From the NCBI GenBank assembly GCA_051453625.1, contig JBOZIK010000001.1, forward strand, positions 24,815,481-24,866,562: 51,082 nucleotides of DNA. Direction: 5' to 3'. The notes beneath the pieces were generated by a model that was not told the DNA's origin, did not search any database, and worked only from the letters and a program-made list of their open reading frames with translations. How positions within the stretch are numbered: position 1 is the first letter of the stretch; each line of letters opens with the position of its first letter. A program made the position numbers and the translations under genes. The stretch is from Welwitschia mirabilis. Its lineage: Eukaryota. Of the stretch, positions 24,851 through 37,300 are shown one piece after another.

Positions 24851-25784
24851 TATAGATTTTCTATTTTTCCTTTTCTTTTTTTATTGCTAAGAAGGCTCAT
24901 GTTCTTTATGATATTATTTTCCAAGTTAGATCATAGGTAGAAAAGGTCTATTTGAAGGTTAAGTATCTCCTACAAATTTTTCACAAGAGGTGGATGATCC
25001 TTTGATTTTCTATTGGCATATATCTCATTACTCCTCATTATTCTAAGTATTAGTCCTTTTCATGTTTTAATCTATGAGCGCTTCTAGGATTTTATCCCCA
25101 ACTATATTATTTTATGATATATGTAGACTTGACTTTGTTGATCTTAATATAGAACCTTTTATTTGGGGTTCAACATCCTTTATCCCCTTTCAATATGAAA
25201 AAATAACATCCATGAGTAATATAAGAGTCTATAGAAAAATCTAATGTAAAAGGCATATGAAAAAAGGTCAAAGTGATATGAAATAAGAAAGAAAATGTGG
25301 CTTTGAAAAAGATCAGCAAATAGACAAAAATAAATTTTTATGTAAGAAATTAAGGCTTAAAAAAACATTTTTGAAAAAGATAAGATATGAAAATAATATT
25401 TTTCTTCTAAATTTTTAATATTTTTAAACTTTTACATAATAAGTCTAAATATTTTCAACATCCATATGATAGTATAAGCAGATATGAAAGCAAAGGTATA
25501 ATTATTTCAAACTTTCATTTATAGTGGGATCTTTAAATCCAAAAATACCTTTCCATCTCAAAGCCCACAAATATACCATCATCCCCATCCACCTTGACAA
25601 GAAGGAGAGGAATTCCTAATGGGTTAAATAAATAAAGAAGACCTCATATAAGGGTTGCTTATAAAAAAATATTAATATCAAACTATGGTTTTAGTGATTG
25701 TTCCTCCCTCAATAATTATAAGCTATGATAATTACTCAAATGAATGATTCAATTACATCTAGGGCCTTATAGTGGGCTAAGTAG

Positions 25785-25853
25785 GGCATCTAAATATTCA
25801 TACCCATAACCTCTTAAATGGAGAATGAATGTCTTACCAATTAAACTACCACC
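25785..25853 (-). mobile_element. Degenerate tRNA-derived SINE head
   Basis: Minus strand reads GGTGGTAGTTTAATTGGTAAGAC (A-box-like)...GGGTATGAATA (decayed B-box) at tRNA-like spacing. Confidence 0.45.
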
Positions 25854-27995
25854 CCATTAGCACTTATTATACTTAGTGAGTAGACTTATTGTGTTACATG
25901 AGATAGCATTTCTTATTGGTAATATATTATATATAACATTTGTAACTAATATAAGGTTATGAAAATTGTTATTTGTAACTCTATCTATTTTTAGCATAGA
26001 TGATGTTTTTTTTTAAACTTTGCAAAAAAAATTATTTAATGCTAAATGATCAGATGGCATGGATGAGAATTTCATAATAAGACATGATTTAAAAAGCCAT
26101 ATGTTACTTTTATTGCAACCTATATATTATCTATTTAACTTATTCCTAAAATCTAGGGATGCATATTTGTCTATAAATAGATGTCCTTAGAAAATCATAT
26201 GTTATTCCAACTTAGATTGGAAATCTTTTAGTTGAGATACTCTCATTTAGTATGGATGTAGTTACCACCACACATATATATCTAATATAAAAAAATCTTT
26301 AGGTGATATTTTCCCCTTTTGTTAATTAAATTTTGAGGTATCTTAGGATCTTATTATTATTCTATTTTATGATTATGATTATGAATATAGTAATAATATT
26401 ACGTAATAGGTTTAACCTTGTATATAGTTAGAATCTTAACATAAGTCTATGCTCATTATAGGCCTATATGATTGCATTGATGAGAATAGATTCTATATCA
26501 TGACAACGGGGTTGGTAATGTTGGTACACATTTAGTGATAATTATGGTAAAGAGATATATTATGGTAATAATATGATATTTTGCATTGACCATTGGTTTT
26601 ATAGTTGCAGTGGTGAGAATATGCTTTCACACATCACATAGAATGTTATCAAAATATGATGATACATAATGGAATATATACTACTAAAGTTTATAAAATT
26701 ATTTGTTATTTTAACTTAGTACAAAAATGTTTTTTTAGATCCTATTTTTAATAGAGAAAAATAAATGCCATTACCTATCTATATTGCATGTACATTCATT
26801 AGCTTATTCTTTTCTATTTTCTCATATTATATTATATATGTTCACTCCTTAACCGAAATGTGACCTTATATTGGAGTTGGAATATGGATAATATTAATTC
26901 CTACATATCATAGTTAAAAACCTTTGTAAAAGGTCCAACACTACATTGTTATATAATAACGACAATACAATGACTATGTTGATATTATTCTCCTTTATGT
27001 GTAAAATTATGGATGTATTTATTATGATAATCATAATACTTATACTATGAAAATTAGTGAAAAATATTAGTTAAAAATTTTACTTGTAATCCTAATACAT
27101 ATCTCATTGTTATAGTTCTTATATTATATTTCGTTAATGGAATTTAGTAAAAATAATTAGTGAATCTCATTCTTTAAATATAATTATTGTAATTGGCTTA
27201 TAAAATAATAATTCAATAAAAATCTTAGTAAACCTTATAAATAGAGTGAGTATGTAACATTGTCTGATTAATTCTTGCTGATCATGTGATGACTCTTTTT
27301 CTCTCTTAATCCTTCTACTTCATTAATAGTTGAATGTGATTATTATAACAATGCGATATTTTACACCAGATAAATCTTTAACCCTTCCTCCTCTTAGTAG
27401 TACTACCAAATGTTTTTGTAAATTATGGCCAATACCAGGTATATAAGCAGTGCTTTCAAATCTGGAGGTTTCAAGAGAAAAATTTAAATTATATGAATTC
27501 TAATGTTTGAGTTATGGTAGTTTAATAAATTTAAGATACATTAGGAAGTTCAAGTTGACATGTATCTCAAAAACTATTCCAACTACCTTAATATTGTTTT
27601 AGTAACATATCATGATAATCTTCTCCTCAAATTTAAAATGATCAAGATCAAAATTCCAACCAAGATATCAAAAAAATAACACTATATTCATATAATTTTA
27701 GCCAAAACATTTAATATAATAAAGGAATTCAACAAGTAGTTGGAATTTTGAATTAAAAAAATGAAGCAAAGAAAAACAACATTGATGGAGTTTAGTTTAA
27801 AAACATAGTATTTCCTCTCAATTTGAGTGAAGTCTTGTCAACAAGAATAGAATTAGAAAATATTCATAACAAATGATAAAAAGGTGAAACCACATTCACA
27901 TTAATGGAAGCACAAGCATAAATATCTCTAAAAGAGGGAAAGGAAAAAAGAAAAAAGAAAGAAAGGAGGGAGGAGAAAGGGGGGTGAGAGGGAGG

Positions 27996-27997
<2 letters not shown>

Positions 27998-28035
<38 letters not shown>
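27998..28035. repeat. (GA)n microsatellite at the end of a purine-rich tract
   Basis: Read directly from the sequence. Confidence 0.95.
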
Positions 28036-28039
<4 letters not shown>

Positions 28040-28079
28040 ACCCCATAGAAGTAGAGAAGAAATTAGTAGAATAATGGAT

Positions 28080-29500
28080 TAAACTTTTAGAAATGAAACC
28101 TGGTGTTATCTAATGAAGTAAAAGAGAACCTCACTAAATATAAGAGATTAAGTAAAATCTTTGATAACTTAACTATTTATGTATCTTTATCATAAAATAC
28201 AAGTGATGCATCCTTATGTAAAGTACTTGAAAGGTCCATGTAATAAGTAGAAGAAAATATGATTATTTAACTTAGCCTATTTGGCTAAAAATATGATATG
28301 TATGTTCCAACATAAAATGATTTTTCAAGTGCAATGATTTAAGATTATCAACAATATTAATTATTATTAAGAAAAATGAATTCTGCAAGCATTATTGGAT
28401 TTGGATGGCTAGTGTTAGCATAATGCTTTTATACATTTATAATTAATTAGCAACCATCAATAGCTTCAACCACAACGACAATATCCTTGATTAATGGTTC
28501 TATAGTATACCTGAGGCTATTATTCAAGATGTCTGAATTCAAATGAATTAAGGTAATCAAGTTTTAAATTTTGTAGTCCTTGGAATATAGAATAATAATT
28601 TTATTATAATTCTAAGATAACCATTATAGCAATGGTAGATTTTGTAATTCATTGTTATGTTAACGTATTGCATTTCATGTTCAAAAATATGATACTTCAA
28701 AGTAATAAATTCGATTCCTTAGATCCAAAAGGGAAAGAAAATGCAATTAATAAGAAAGGTACATATAAACTTATCAATCTGTACTAATTTTCTCCAGGTC
28801 CACGGTACTTATTTTATAAGGGAATTCCCATAAACTTCTAGAAATTGATGAAAGAATTGATTTTTAACAACGTTCTATGGAGACATGCATTTTACATGTT
28901 TTAACTCCTCATGCCTTTTTATCATCTTAGTATGGATATTTATTAAATTTTTTTTATGAAATTACCTCAACTTTCCAAGTTTCTAAAATATATTATTTAC
29001 ACTACTTTGTAGGTTAACTTGAACATGATAATAAATTTCTAACTTTAGATGTCATAAAGCCCACTTAGGACTACATCAAGAATATTTATAATTATATTAT
29101 GATAATACACTTCATTAGCTAAGTAATCCTTCAAAGCTAGAAGTTGATCTTGTAGTAAATAATTCATATTCATTCACAAACTAGAGTTAGATAACCCAAG
29201 CATATATTTTTTTAAAATAAATAGTTCTAACATGGCCTTAATAGCATAAGTCATGCTTTTTAGTTAGAAGAAATTACTTTATAGTGATTACACATAATTT
29301 TTGGTGTGCATACATTACATGGATGTATATACTCATGCCCTTCTTATAGAAAAAGATATGAATCAATCAAATAATTGACTCATTTTTTGTATTGATTCTT
29401 AAAGCTCCATGGCCATTTAAGCCCTTTAGGATAGGGGTCTAGTCATTTGACATCTGAAGTTACAGATGCACTAACCTAGTACTATTATGACATTGTTGTA
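28080..29500 (-). mobile_element. Possible hAT transposase remnant
   Basis: Minus-strand motifs in hAT order: GLNGHGA...IYIHVMYAHQKL (cf. DGA...HCxAHxL, ~29425-29296), TTRSTSSF (cf. TRWxS, ~29155), GLYDI*S*KFIIM, and IVKLSKILLNL (dimerisation-domain-like, ~28175-28143). Very degenerate. Confidence 0.35.
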
Positions 29501-32500
29501 GCAATTAATAATATTCAAGTGTAAAGGAAATTAATGTTTAATAGTGATTTCTATGCTCAATAGTTTTCCTTATTATCAATGTTTATCCACATAGTTCTAT
29601 GTTTCGTTTCTTTTCTAATTAATGCATTTCATATTTAGTAAGCTATGTTATCTTTTATGTTAGTGGATATTTTTAGTTGAAATAAGTTATAACCATCACA
29701 TAATTGTTATGAACTTTCATAAATAGAGAATATCAATGAATGTTAGTAATTAGTTAGTAATAATATATATTAAGTATATCTATAGTGACCCTTTGCTAAG
29801 GTTACATCATATACATACATACATATTGGCATCATTCTAATAATTGGTATCTAACATGGAATACGATGTCAACTGATTATGTGGTATCTTATAGTATCAT
29901 GTTGCTAATCCTACTTGTACTACCCTTATTCTGATAAGATGGTATCATAGCCACTCTACTATCAAGAATAGCCTTTATTATAAAATGATCCTTAAAATCC
30001 TGAGTTTAATGATAATACTATCACCCATATTGAAAGCCATTATTTTTTAATTCTTGAGATAATATAATGATACACATCAACCTATGAAATGATGCCTTTA
30101 GGTTATTCTATCCAATAGTATAGAATAGGTTTAGTGTATATTTGATCGACTATAGAGTTAATAGGGCTGTTCTTTAGACTAATGAAGTGGAGAAATCATT
30201 CAATGCAAAATTAGTGAGTTATGTGTATTTAGATGGATGAAATGTTATATATTGGCGGTTACCTAATGGTTAAAGGAACTTTCACATTAGCATTAAGTTG
30301 TAAAGTCATTTGGAGATTTCCTTGTAATTTCTTTCTACATCCTTTTCATTGTTTTTCAAAGGATTTTTTTGTTAAAGATTGAAATTCATAAAACCTCATG
30401 AGTTTTTGCTTTAATAAAATAGAGATAGTTAGAAAGTATTAGTCTACTCTAGGTCTCTTTATCCTACCCTCCTCTACTTTGAAATAAAGGCTAAGTATAG
30501 TACCAATCCCTATCGGTATATCTATTACTAATAACCTCGAGTTTAGTCTTAGTTTTAAAGACAGAGAATGGATTGCTTCTCTAAAAAGCTTAAAACTATA
30601 TAAATACTATCATCTACCAACTGATAAAATGTATAAGATACTAATGTGATTTACCCATAGAACCTACATTAACATAACCATTATTATATTCACTAAAGCA
30701 AGTTTTAAGGAGTTCCATTGATAGTGGAAGTAATCAAGGGTAGGATTTATGATTTTTGTTTTTTTACTAATTTAACTCCTTTAGCTCAAAATTAAGATTC
30801 TAGACATGATAAAGATAAATATTATAAATATTTCTATCAAAGAGTATTTAACTCAAACATGAAAGAACATGATCAAGTAGAGAAAATTTTCTTTAGATTT
30901 ATTAAAAGAACCATTTAATGTGACACTAGCTATTATAAATCAAAGAACTATTTCAAGTGATGAAATAATATTTGTGCCATGATCCAAGCATTGATATTTA
31001 CTACAGGTGATCAGGATAAGGAGGGTATAACTTGGACTAAAATGATCTTAATTAATCTTCATGATAACATTAAAAGTATTCAAAAGTAAGGCATTGATCC
31101 ATAGAAAGGAGATAGAAGCTACTTCTACTACAACATAGTATGATGGCTGCATTGGTATATTTGTAAAAGACTATAGTAGAATAGATGAAATAGATGATTA
31201 ACTATCAAAGGTTCTTAGACATAGTTAGGTTAGCTTTTGATTCTAGTTGAGATTTTAGTGGTTTTGTACCTATTCTAACCTCCATAGTGAAGAGGTTTTA
31301 CAAGACTCTTCATAACTAGAGAAACTTACTTTCATTTGGTCATCTAATTAGTGTACTACTACTTAGCCATTCATGTATCATGGATAATAGCCTCATTTAT
31401 CTCAGCCATTTGAATTCTATAATATAAAACTAGATTATGAAGTAAAATCCAAAAGATAAGAAATTTTATTGAAAAGATCCCCAAAAGAAGAACCCACATT
31501 AATTGATCTAGCTTTATTTAGGATTATTAATATAGAAAAATAGATCTATGAATGTGTAGATAATATTATATAAAAATCCCATCTTTTTAATACCACTAAT
31601 CATTATGATCTCAAGAATTGGAAAATCCCTTTTGTTTCATTGATTGGTTCCTAGGATAATAAGGTGAACTTAAGAATAAAATCCATATCCTAGTTAAAGT
31701 AAAATGAAGATCTGATTGTCATTGAGATAAAGAAAATAAAGGATTTCTTTTATGCCTCATAGTTCAAGTTTTGATGATATAACACTAAGGTTTTTATTAG
31801 AACAATACACTCAATATATTTTATTATTCTTGTACTTAAGAAAGTATAGAGAAGATATTTATGAGCTAAAGCCTACATGAAACTTCCTTAAAAAGACTTT
31901 AAAGAAGAAATAAAAGGAAGTAAGAAATCTAGCTTTCACATCCTTGGTATGAAAGATTAATAAGTTTAAAGTAAAGATCTCCCATGCTTGAAACTAGGAA
32001 ATTAAGGAATTTAAAAAGAAATTGTAGGATAAATATGCTAAGAAAAACTGAAGTCTCTTAGTTCCAATGAGAGAATAATAAAATAAGGCCATTGTTTAAA
32101 ATTAATAATGAAAAACTATCATTCTTAATTTAAAATGCACAATTAAATAGTTAGATAATGAGAAGGCAATGCAAATTCATGATATCATGATAAAAATAGT
32201 AGGTAAATTTGGTGCAACAACTCAACCATCGATACTAGTTATTGAATCTCTTACTATTAACACTAGCAGAACCAATGAAAACTTTAAATAAGAGTCTCTT
32301 ATGGAATTATTAAAGTAAAGATGTATTTCATATATCTTTTTGTAAGGAACACCTTTTGTGCCATAGGTTTAATAAGGATCTATGTAATCCTTAAAGTGTT
32401 AACTTCTTCTGTGCCCCTCCCCCCTCCCTCAAACCAAAAAAAAGTGCTATACATAAAATAATGAAAAATTATTATTTAAGCATCTTTTAGTAATGTTTCA

Positions 32501-32594
32501 TGAAGATTATTTTATGCAATGATAATAAAGTATAATAGTATGATCTAATTAATTAAGTGATATAAGTGATTTTGTGACAATCATATGTTGGTAT

Positions 32595-34370
32595 TCTTAC
32601 AATGTGTATTTGTGCTTATAATTCCAATATTTTAAAGATAGAATTTAACTTACAACATCTAAAAAGCTAATAATATAATTGCATACAATAGACATTTGTA
32701 TAATGGAATTAACCCAAATTTCATACACTTAGAGAAGACTTTTAAAAGAGAATTTGAAAAATTGCTTTCATAAAGAGAAGAATAATATATTTTGGATTTT
32801 GCTTTACAAGAATTAAAATTAAACAATACAAGGATGAAGATGAAATGCAATGAAATGGAGTGAAATGTAGAATGAATGCAATTATAATGTAATTAATTAA
32901 CTAAATTTTTAATCTACTATTACTATATTGATCCTTATAACATATTTCAATTACAAATTCATGTTAAGACAAGCTATAAGAAATAACAATTAAGCATTTA
33001 AAAATAGTTTTAATTTAATCAATATATTTATTAATAAAATTGAAGTACATCCACTTACACTAACTCCTTAATGGAAGATTCACTGCCTAACACCAAGGCA
33101 GTCCTTCTCACAAGTAGGATGGATCTCCTTGTCTCTAATAATCTCTAATACTCACAAAAATGTAGATGAAAAAAGATGATTTTGGATAGCATCTAAAAGG
33201 GTCTATTTATAAGTTGGAATGAATGGTTGTAGGTTGTTAAGGAGTGTAAAATAAAGAGGTTCAAGTTAAATATATCCTTTTATAACAATTTAATTAACTT
33301 TACAAATGATTTTGACTATTGTCTCTCGTGTTGTTTCAACTACATAGAGGATGACAAACTGATGCTNNNNNNNNNNNNNNNNNNNNNNNNNNNNNNNNNN
33401 NNNNNNNNNNNNNNNNNNNNNNNNNNNNNNNNNNNNNNNNNNNNNNNNNNNNNNNNNNNNNNNNNNAAGCTAATAATATAATTGCACACAATAGACATTT
33501 GTATAGTTGGATTAACCTAAATGTCGTACACTTAGAAAAGACTTCTAAAAGAGAATATGAAAAATTGCTTTCATAAAAAGAAGAATAACATATTTTGGAA
33601 TTTTTCTGTATAAGAAATAAAATTAAACAATGCAAAGATGAAGATTGAATGCAATGCAATGTAATGAAATGAAATGCAATGTAATGAATCTAATTCTAAT
33701 GTAATGCATTAATTAAACTTTCAATCTACTATGACTAGATTGGTCCTTAAAATCTATTTCAATTACAAATTTATCCAACTTAAATTGAAATTAAGATAAG
33801 CTATAAGAAAGAACAATAAAACATTCAAAAATATTTCAATTCAATTAATTATTTTATTAATGAAATTGAATTACATTCATTTATGAAAACAACTCCTCAA
33901 TGGAAGATTCACTACCTAACACCAAGGTGGTCATCCTATAAGTAGGATGGATTTCCTTGCCTTCAACATTATTCAATCATCATAAGAATGTAGATGATAA
34001 AAGATGATTTGGACTAGGATTTGAAAGGGTCTATTTATAAGTTGGGATAGGTAGCTAAGGGGTGTGAAATGAAGAGGTACAAGTTAGATCCACCTTTTCA
34101 TAATGATGTAATTAACTTTACAAATTATTTTGACTATTATCCATCATATCATCCCCATGACATAGAGGACAACACTCCATCTACCAACTAATGCTCGACA
34201 CATGTTGAATATGCTGACTGTCATCTTAATTATCATCTCCATGACATAGTGAACTATTATACTTTATTGACTGTTGTTTCCTCTGTCATCTTTATGATAT
34301 GAAGGATGACCATAATATATTCATCAAATTGCTTTTGGTCCACCATCATTCAAAAATAGCTTCTTGCGTT
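32595..34370 (-). repeat. Two partial LTR copies (32595-33366 and 33467-34370) separated by a 100-N gap
   Basis: Both align with 41173-42237 (e.g. GAAGATTCACT(G/A)CCTAACACCAAGG, GGTCTATTTATA) and differ from each other at many sites. Confidence 0.85.
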
Positions 34371-37300
34371 NNNNNNNNNNNNNNNNNNNNNNNNNNNNNN
34401 NNNNNNNNNNNNNNNNNNNNNNNNNNNNNNNNNNNNNNNNNNNNNNNNNNNNNNNNNNNNNNNNNNNNNNNNNNNNNNNNNNNNNNNNNNNNNNNNNNNN
34501 NNNNNNNNNNNNNNNNNNNNNNNNNNNNNNNNNNNNNNNNNNNNNNNNNNNNNNNNNNNNNNNNNNNNNNNNNNNNNNNNNNNNNNNNNNNNNNNNNNNN
34601 NNNNNNNNNNNNNNNNNNNNNNNNNNNNNNNNNNNNNNNNNNNNNNNNNNNNNNNNNNNNNNNNNNNNNNNNNNNNNNNNNNNNNNNNNNNNNNNNNNNN
34701 NNNNNNNNNNNNNNNNNNNNNNNNNNNNNNNNNNNNNNNNNNNNNNNNNNNNNNNNNNNNNNNNNNNNNNNNNNNNNNNNNNNNNNNNNNNNNNNNNNNN
34801 NNNNNNNNNNNNNNNNNNNNNNNNNNNNNNNNNNNNNNNNNNNNNNNNNNNNNNNNNNNNNNNNNNNNNNNNNNNNNNNNNNNNNNNNNNNNNNNNNNNN
34901 NNNNNNNNNNNNNNNNNNNNNNNNNNNNNNNNNNNNNNNNNNNNNNNNNNNNNNNNNNNNNNNNNNNNNNNNNNNNNNNNNNNNNNNNNNNNNNNNNNNN
35001 NNNNNNNNNNNNNNNNNNNNNNNNNNNNNNNNNNNNNNNNNNNNNNNNNNNNNNNNNNNNNNNNNNNNNNNNNNNNNNNNNNNNNNNNNNNNNNNNNNNN
35101 NNNNNNNNNNNNNNNNNNNNNNNNNNNNNNNNNNNNNNNNNNNNNNNNNNNNNNNNNNNNNNNNNNNNNNNNNNNNNNNNNNNNNNNNNNNNNNNNNNNN
35201 NNNNNNNNNNNNNNNNNNNNNNNNNNNNNNNNNNNNNNNNNNNNNNNNNNNNNNNNNNNNNNNNNNNNNNNNNNNNNNNNNNNNNNNNNNNNNGAGTTGT
35301 ATAAATCATGAAGTAAAGGTAAACTAGGATAAGATTTCATGATTGCAAGGTTAAGTGGCAGGAGAGGTTATGAAAAGAAAGATTGTTAAAGGAAAGGAAA
35401 GCATCAATACTATCATGCTAAAGAATGGTCAAGGTAGGGGTTAATTACATTTTATGTACAATAATTAAGTGATGAAAAATATAATAAGTAGACTAGAAAA
35501 GGATAATTTCAAAAAATTATTTTGGAAAAGGTGAGAAAAATGACTTTGAGAAAGCAAACAGATAAACTAAGATAAAACAAAAAGAAAAATGGACAAGATA
35601 AAACATAAAGAAGATTAACGTTGTGCCTAAAATTCAAATTTAGTAAAATTTCTTGGTAAAGGTTATAAAACTACTTGATATAGAAATGCATGATTCAATG
35701 TAGAACACCATAGAGTACCATTCGAAAGGGTAGTGATGATGATAATATCTAATGGTTATGTTTATCAAGGTAGTAAGTCATGTTTGGACTATAATTCAAT
35801 TCCTCTTCAGCTGTGACAACCATATTACTTTGATAAGATATCATTCAATGATCAATATAGTCATATGCTCTCAAAGTCTGTACCTCAGAGTGATGGGAAT
35901 TTTTAGTTAATGAGGTGTTAAACAACACCATTCATCATGATGAGGGAAGTGCAACCACTACTAAGAGAATAAAGACCTAGAAGCCAAAGCTAGATTATGA
36001 CCAATTAATCCTCTAATAGAGTTTTTATAGCTATCATATCATACTGCCAAAGGCCTCTCTTAGGAAAATTTGCTCTGATACGATTATGGTAATACATTAT
36101 GGTATAATTACAAGAGGGTAATTCATTTTTCTTTTTATTTCTTTTTTTTTATATTTTCCTCTTGCTTTTAATTTTTTCGTTCTTTTCCCTTGACTTAAAC
36201 TTCCAATTTTTGATAGCATTGATTAATCATTGAAATAATAAGGTAACAAAGTATATGATTGAAAACAAACATCAGATTAACATACTTGATATTTTTCCAT
36301 AAAATAATCAAAGCAATTGATTGTAGATATTAGAATATCTTGAGATTGACTGAATTCAATCTTTATCACATTAAAAACCAAAGTAAAGAATTACTTAATC
36401 ATGATAACACCTATGAAAGTTAAATAAAAGTCAAGTTAAAGATGATTAAGTAGTCTGATAACTTAAACAGGAAATAAAGCTAAGAAAGAATCTAGTAGAT
36501 GTTTGGAAAAGATCTTCCTTTTTGTAAAAGGATCTTCCAATATAATTGATTCTATCATGTTCAAGGTATAATAACAATCATCTACAGATGTATAAAGTTT
36601 CAACCTTTGTCCATTTACTTTTTGGGTTTCTTAAGTTTAAAGGTCAGAGATCTTATTATAGCCATTAGAATGTATTCTTTTCACATGATAAGGACTAATT
36701 CATTTAGAGGTTAACTTGTTATGTATAAGATGTACTCGATTATTATACAAAAGCACGAATTGATCTATGTCTATAAGTTTAATAATTTTGTCCTTGATTA
36801 CTAGCTTCATGACAAGATTAAGTAAGACTTTTTCTTGGAAAGGAGAAAGTTAAGGACTAATAATCAATGGCTTATTAGGATTGTTATTTGAAAAAATGTA
36901 TTTCAAGCCATGAGGTAAGTCTTTTAAGTTGAAGATCGTTTTCATCCTTCCTAGTTGTAGAACACCCATCTTGATGTAAAATATTTTAATGGATCTTACA
37001 TGTTGGATATTACGATAAAGTATGGGTTAAAAGTCCTCATGAAAATCATCATTGAAAGAGTGGTTTAAAAGATCTGGGTTAAGGTTGTAAGGATTGGAAG
37101 AGTTTAAAGATTTAAAAATAATAGAAGATTCTTCCTCATCCTCAAACAAGTTAGAGTTACATAATGAAAAGAGCCTTTCTTCTAAAGGATGATGTTGAAC
37201 TAACATGGATAACCTAAATTTTTCTTTTATGTATAATTCATCTTTCATATCTTTTTCAATGGCAACGAATAGTCTGATACTAAACTTCTTGTTGCTTATC

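Noticed and set aside
25860..27850. AT-rich stretch, possibly TE-derived
   Set aside because: I could not recognise any motif, terminus or repeat that supports a call.
29940..32400. Endogenous caulimovirid (Met PBS, movement-protein-like FSLSFKD, GTPF-like motif)
   Set aside because: Better explained as Copia: LTR before the PBS, gag MKE motif, zinc knuckle and RNLLSFGHL in order. The viral-like matches are short and may be chance; an HMM search for the movement protein would settle it.
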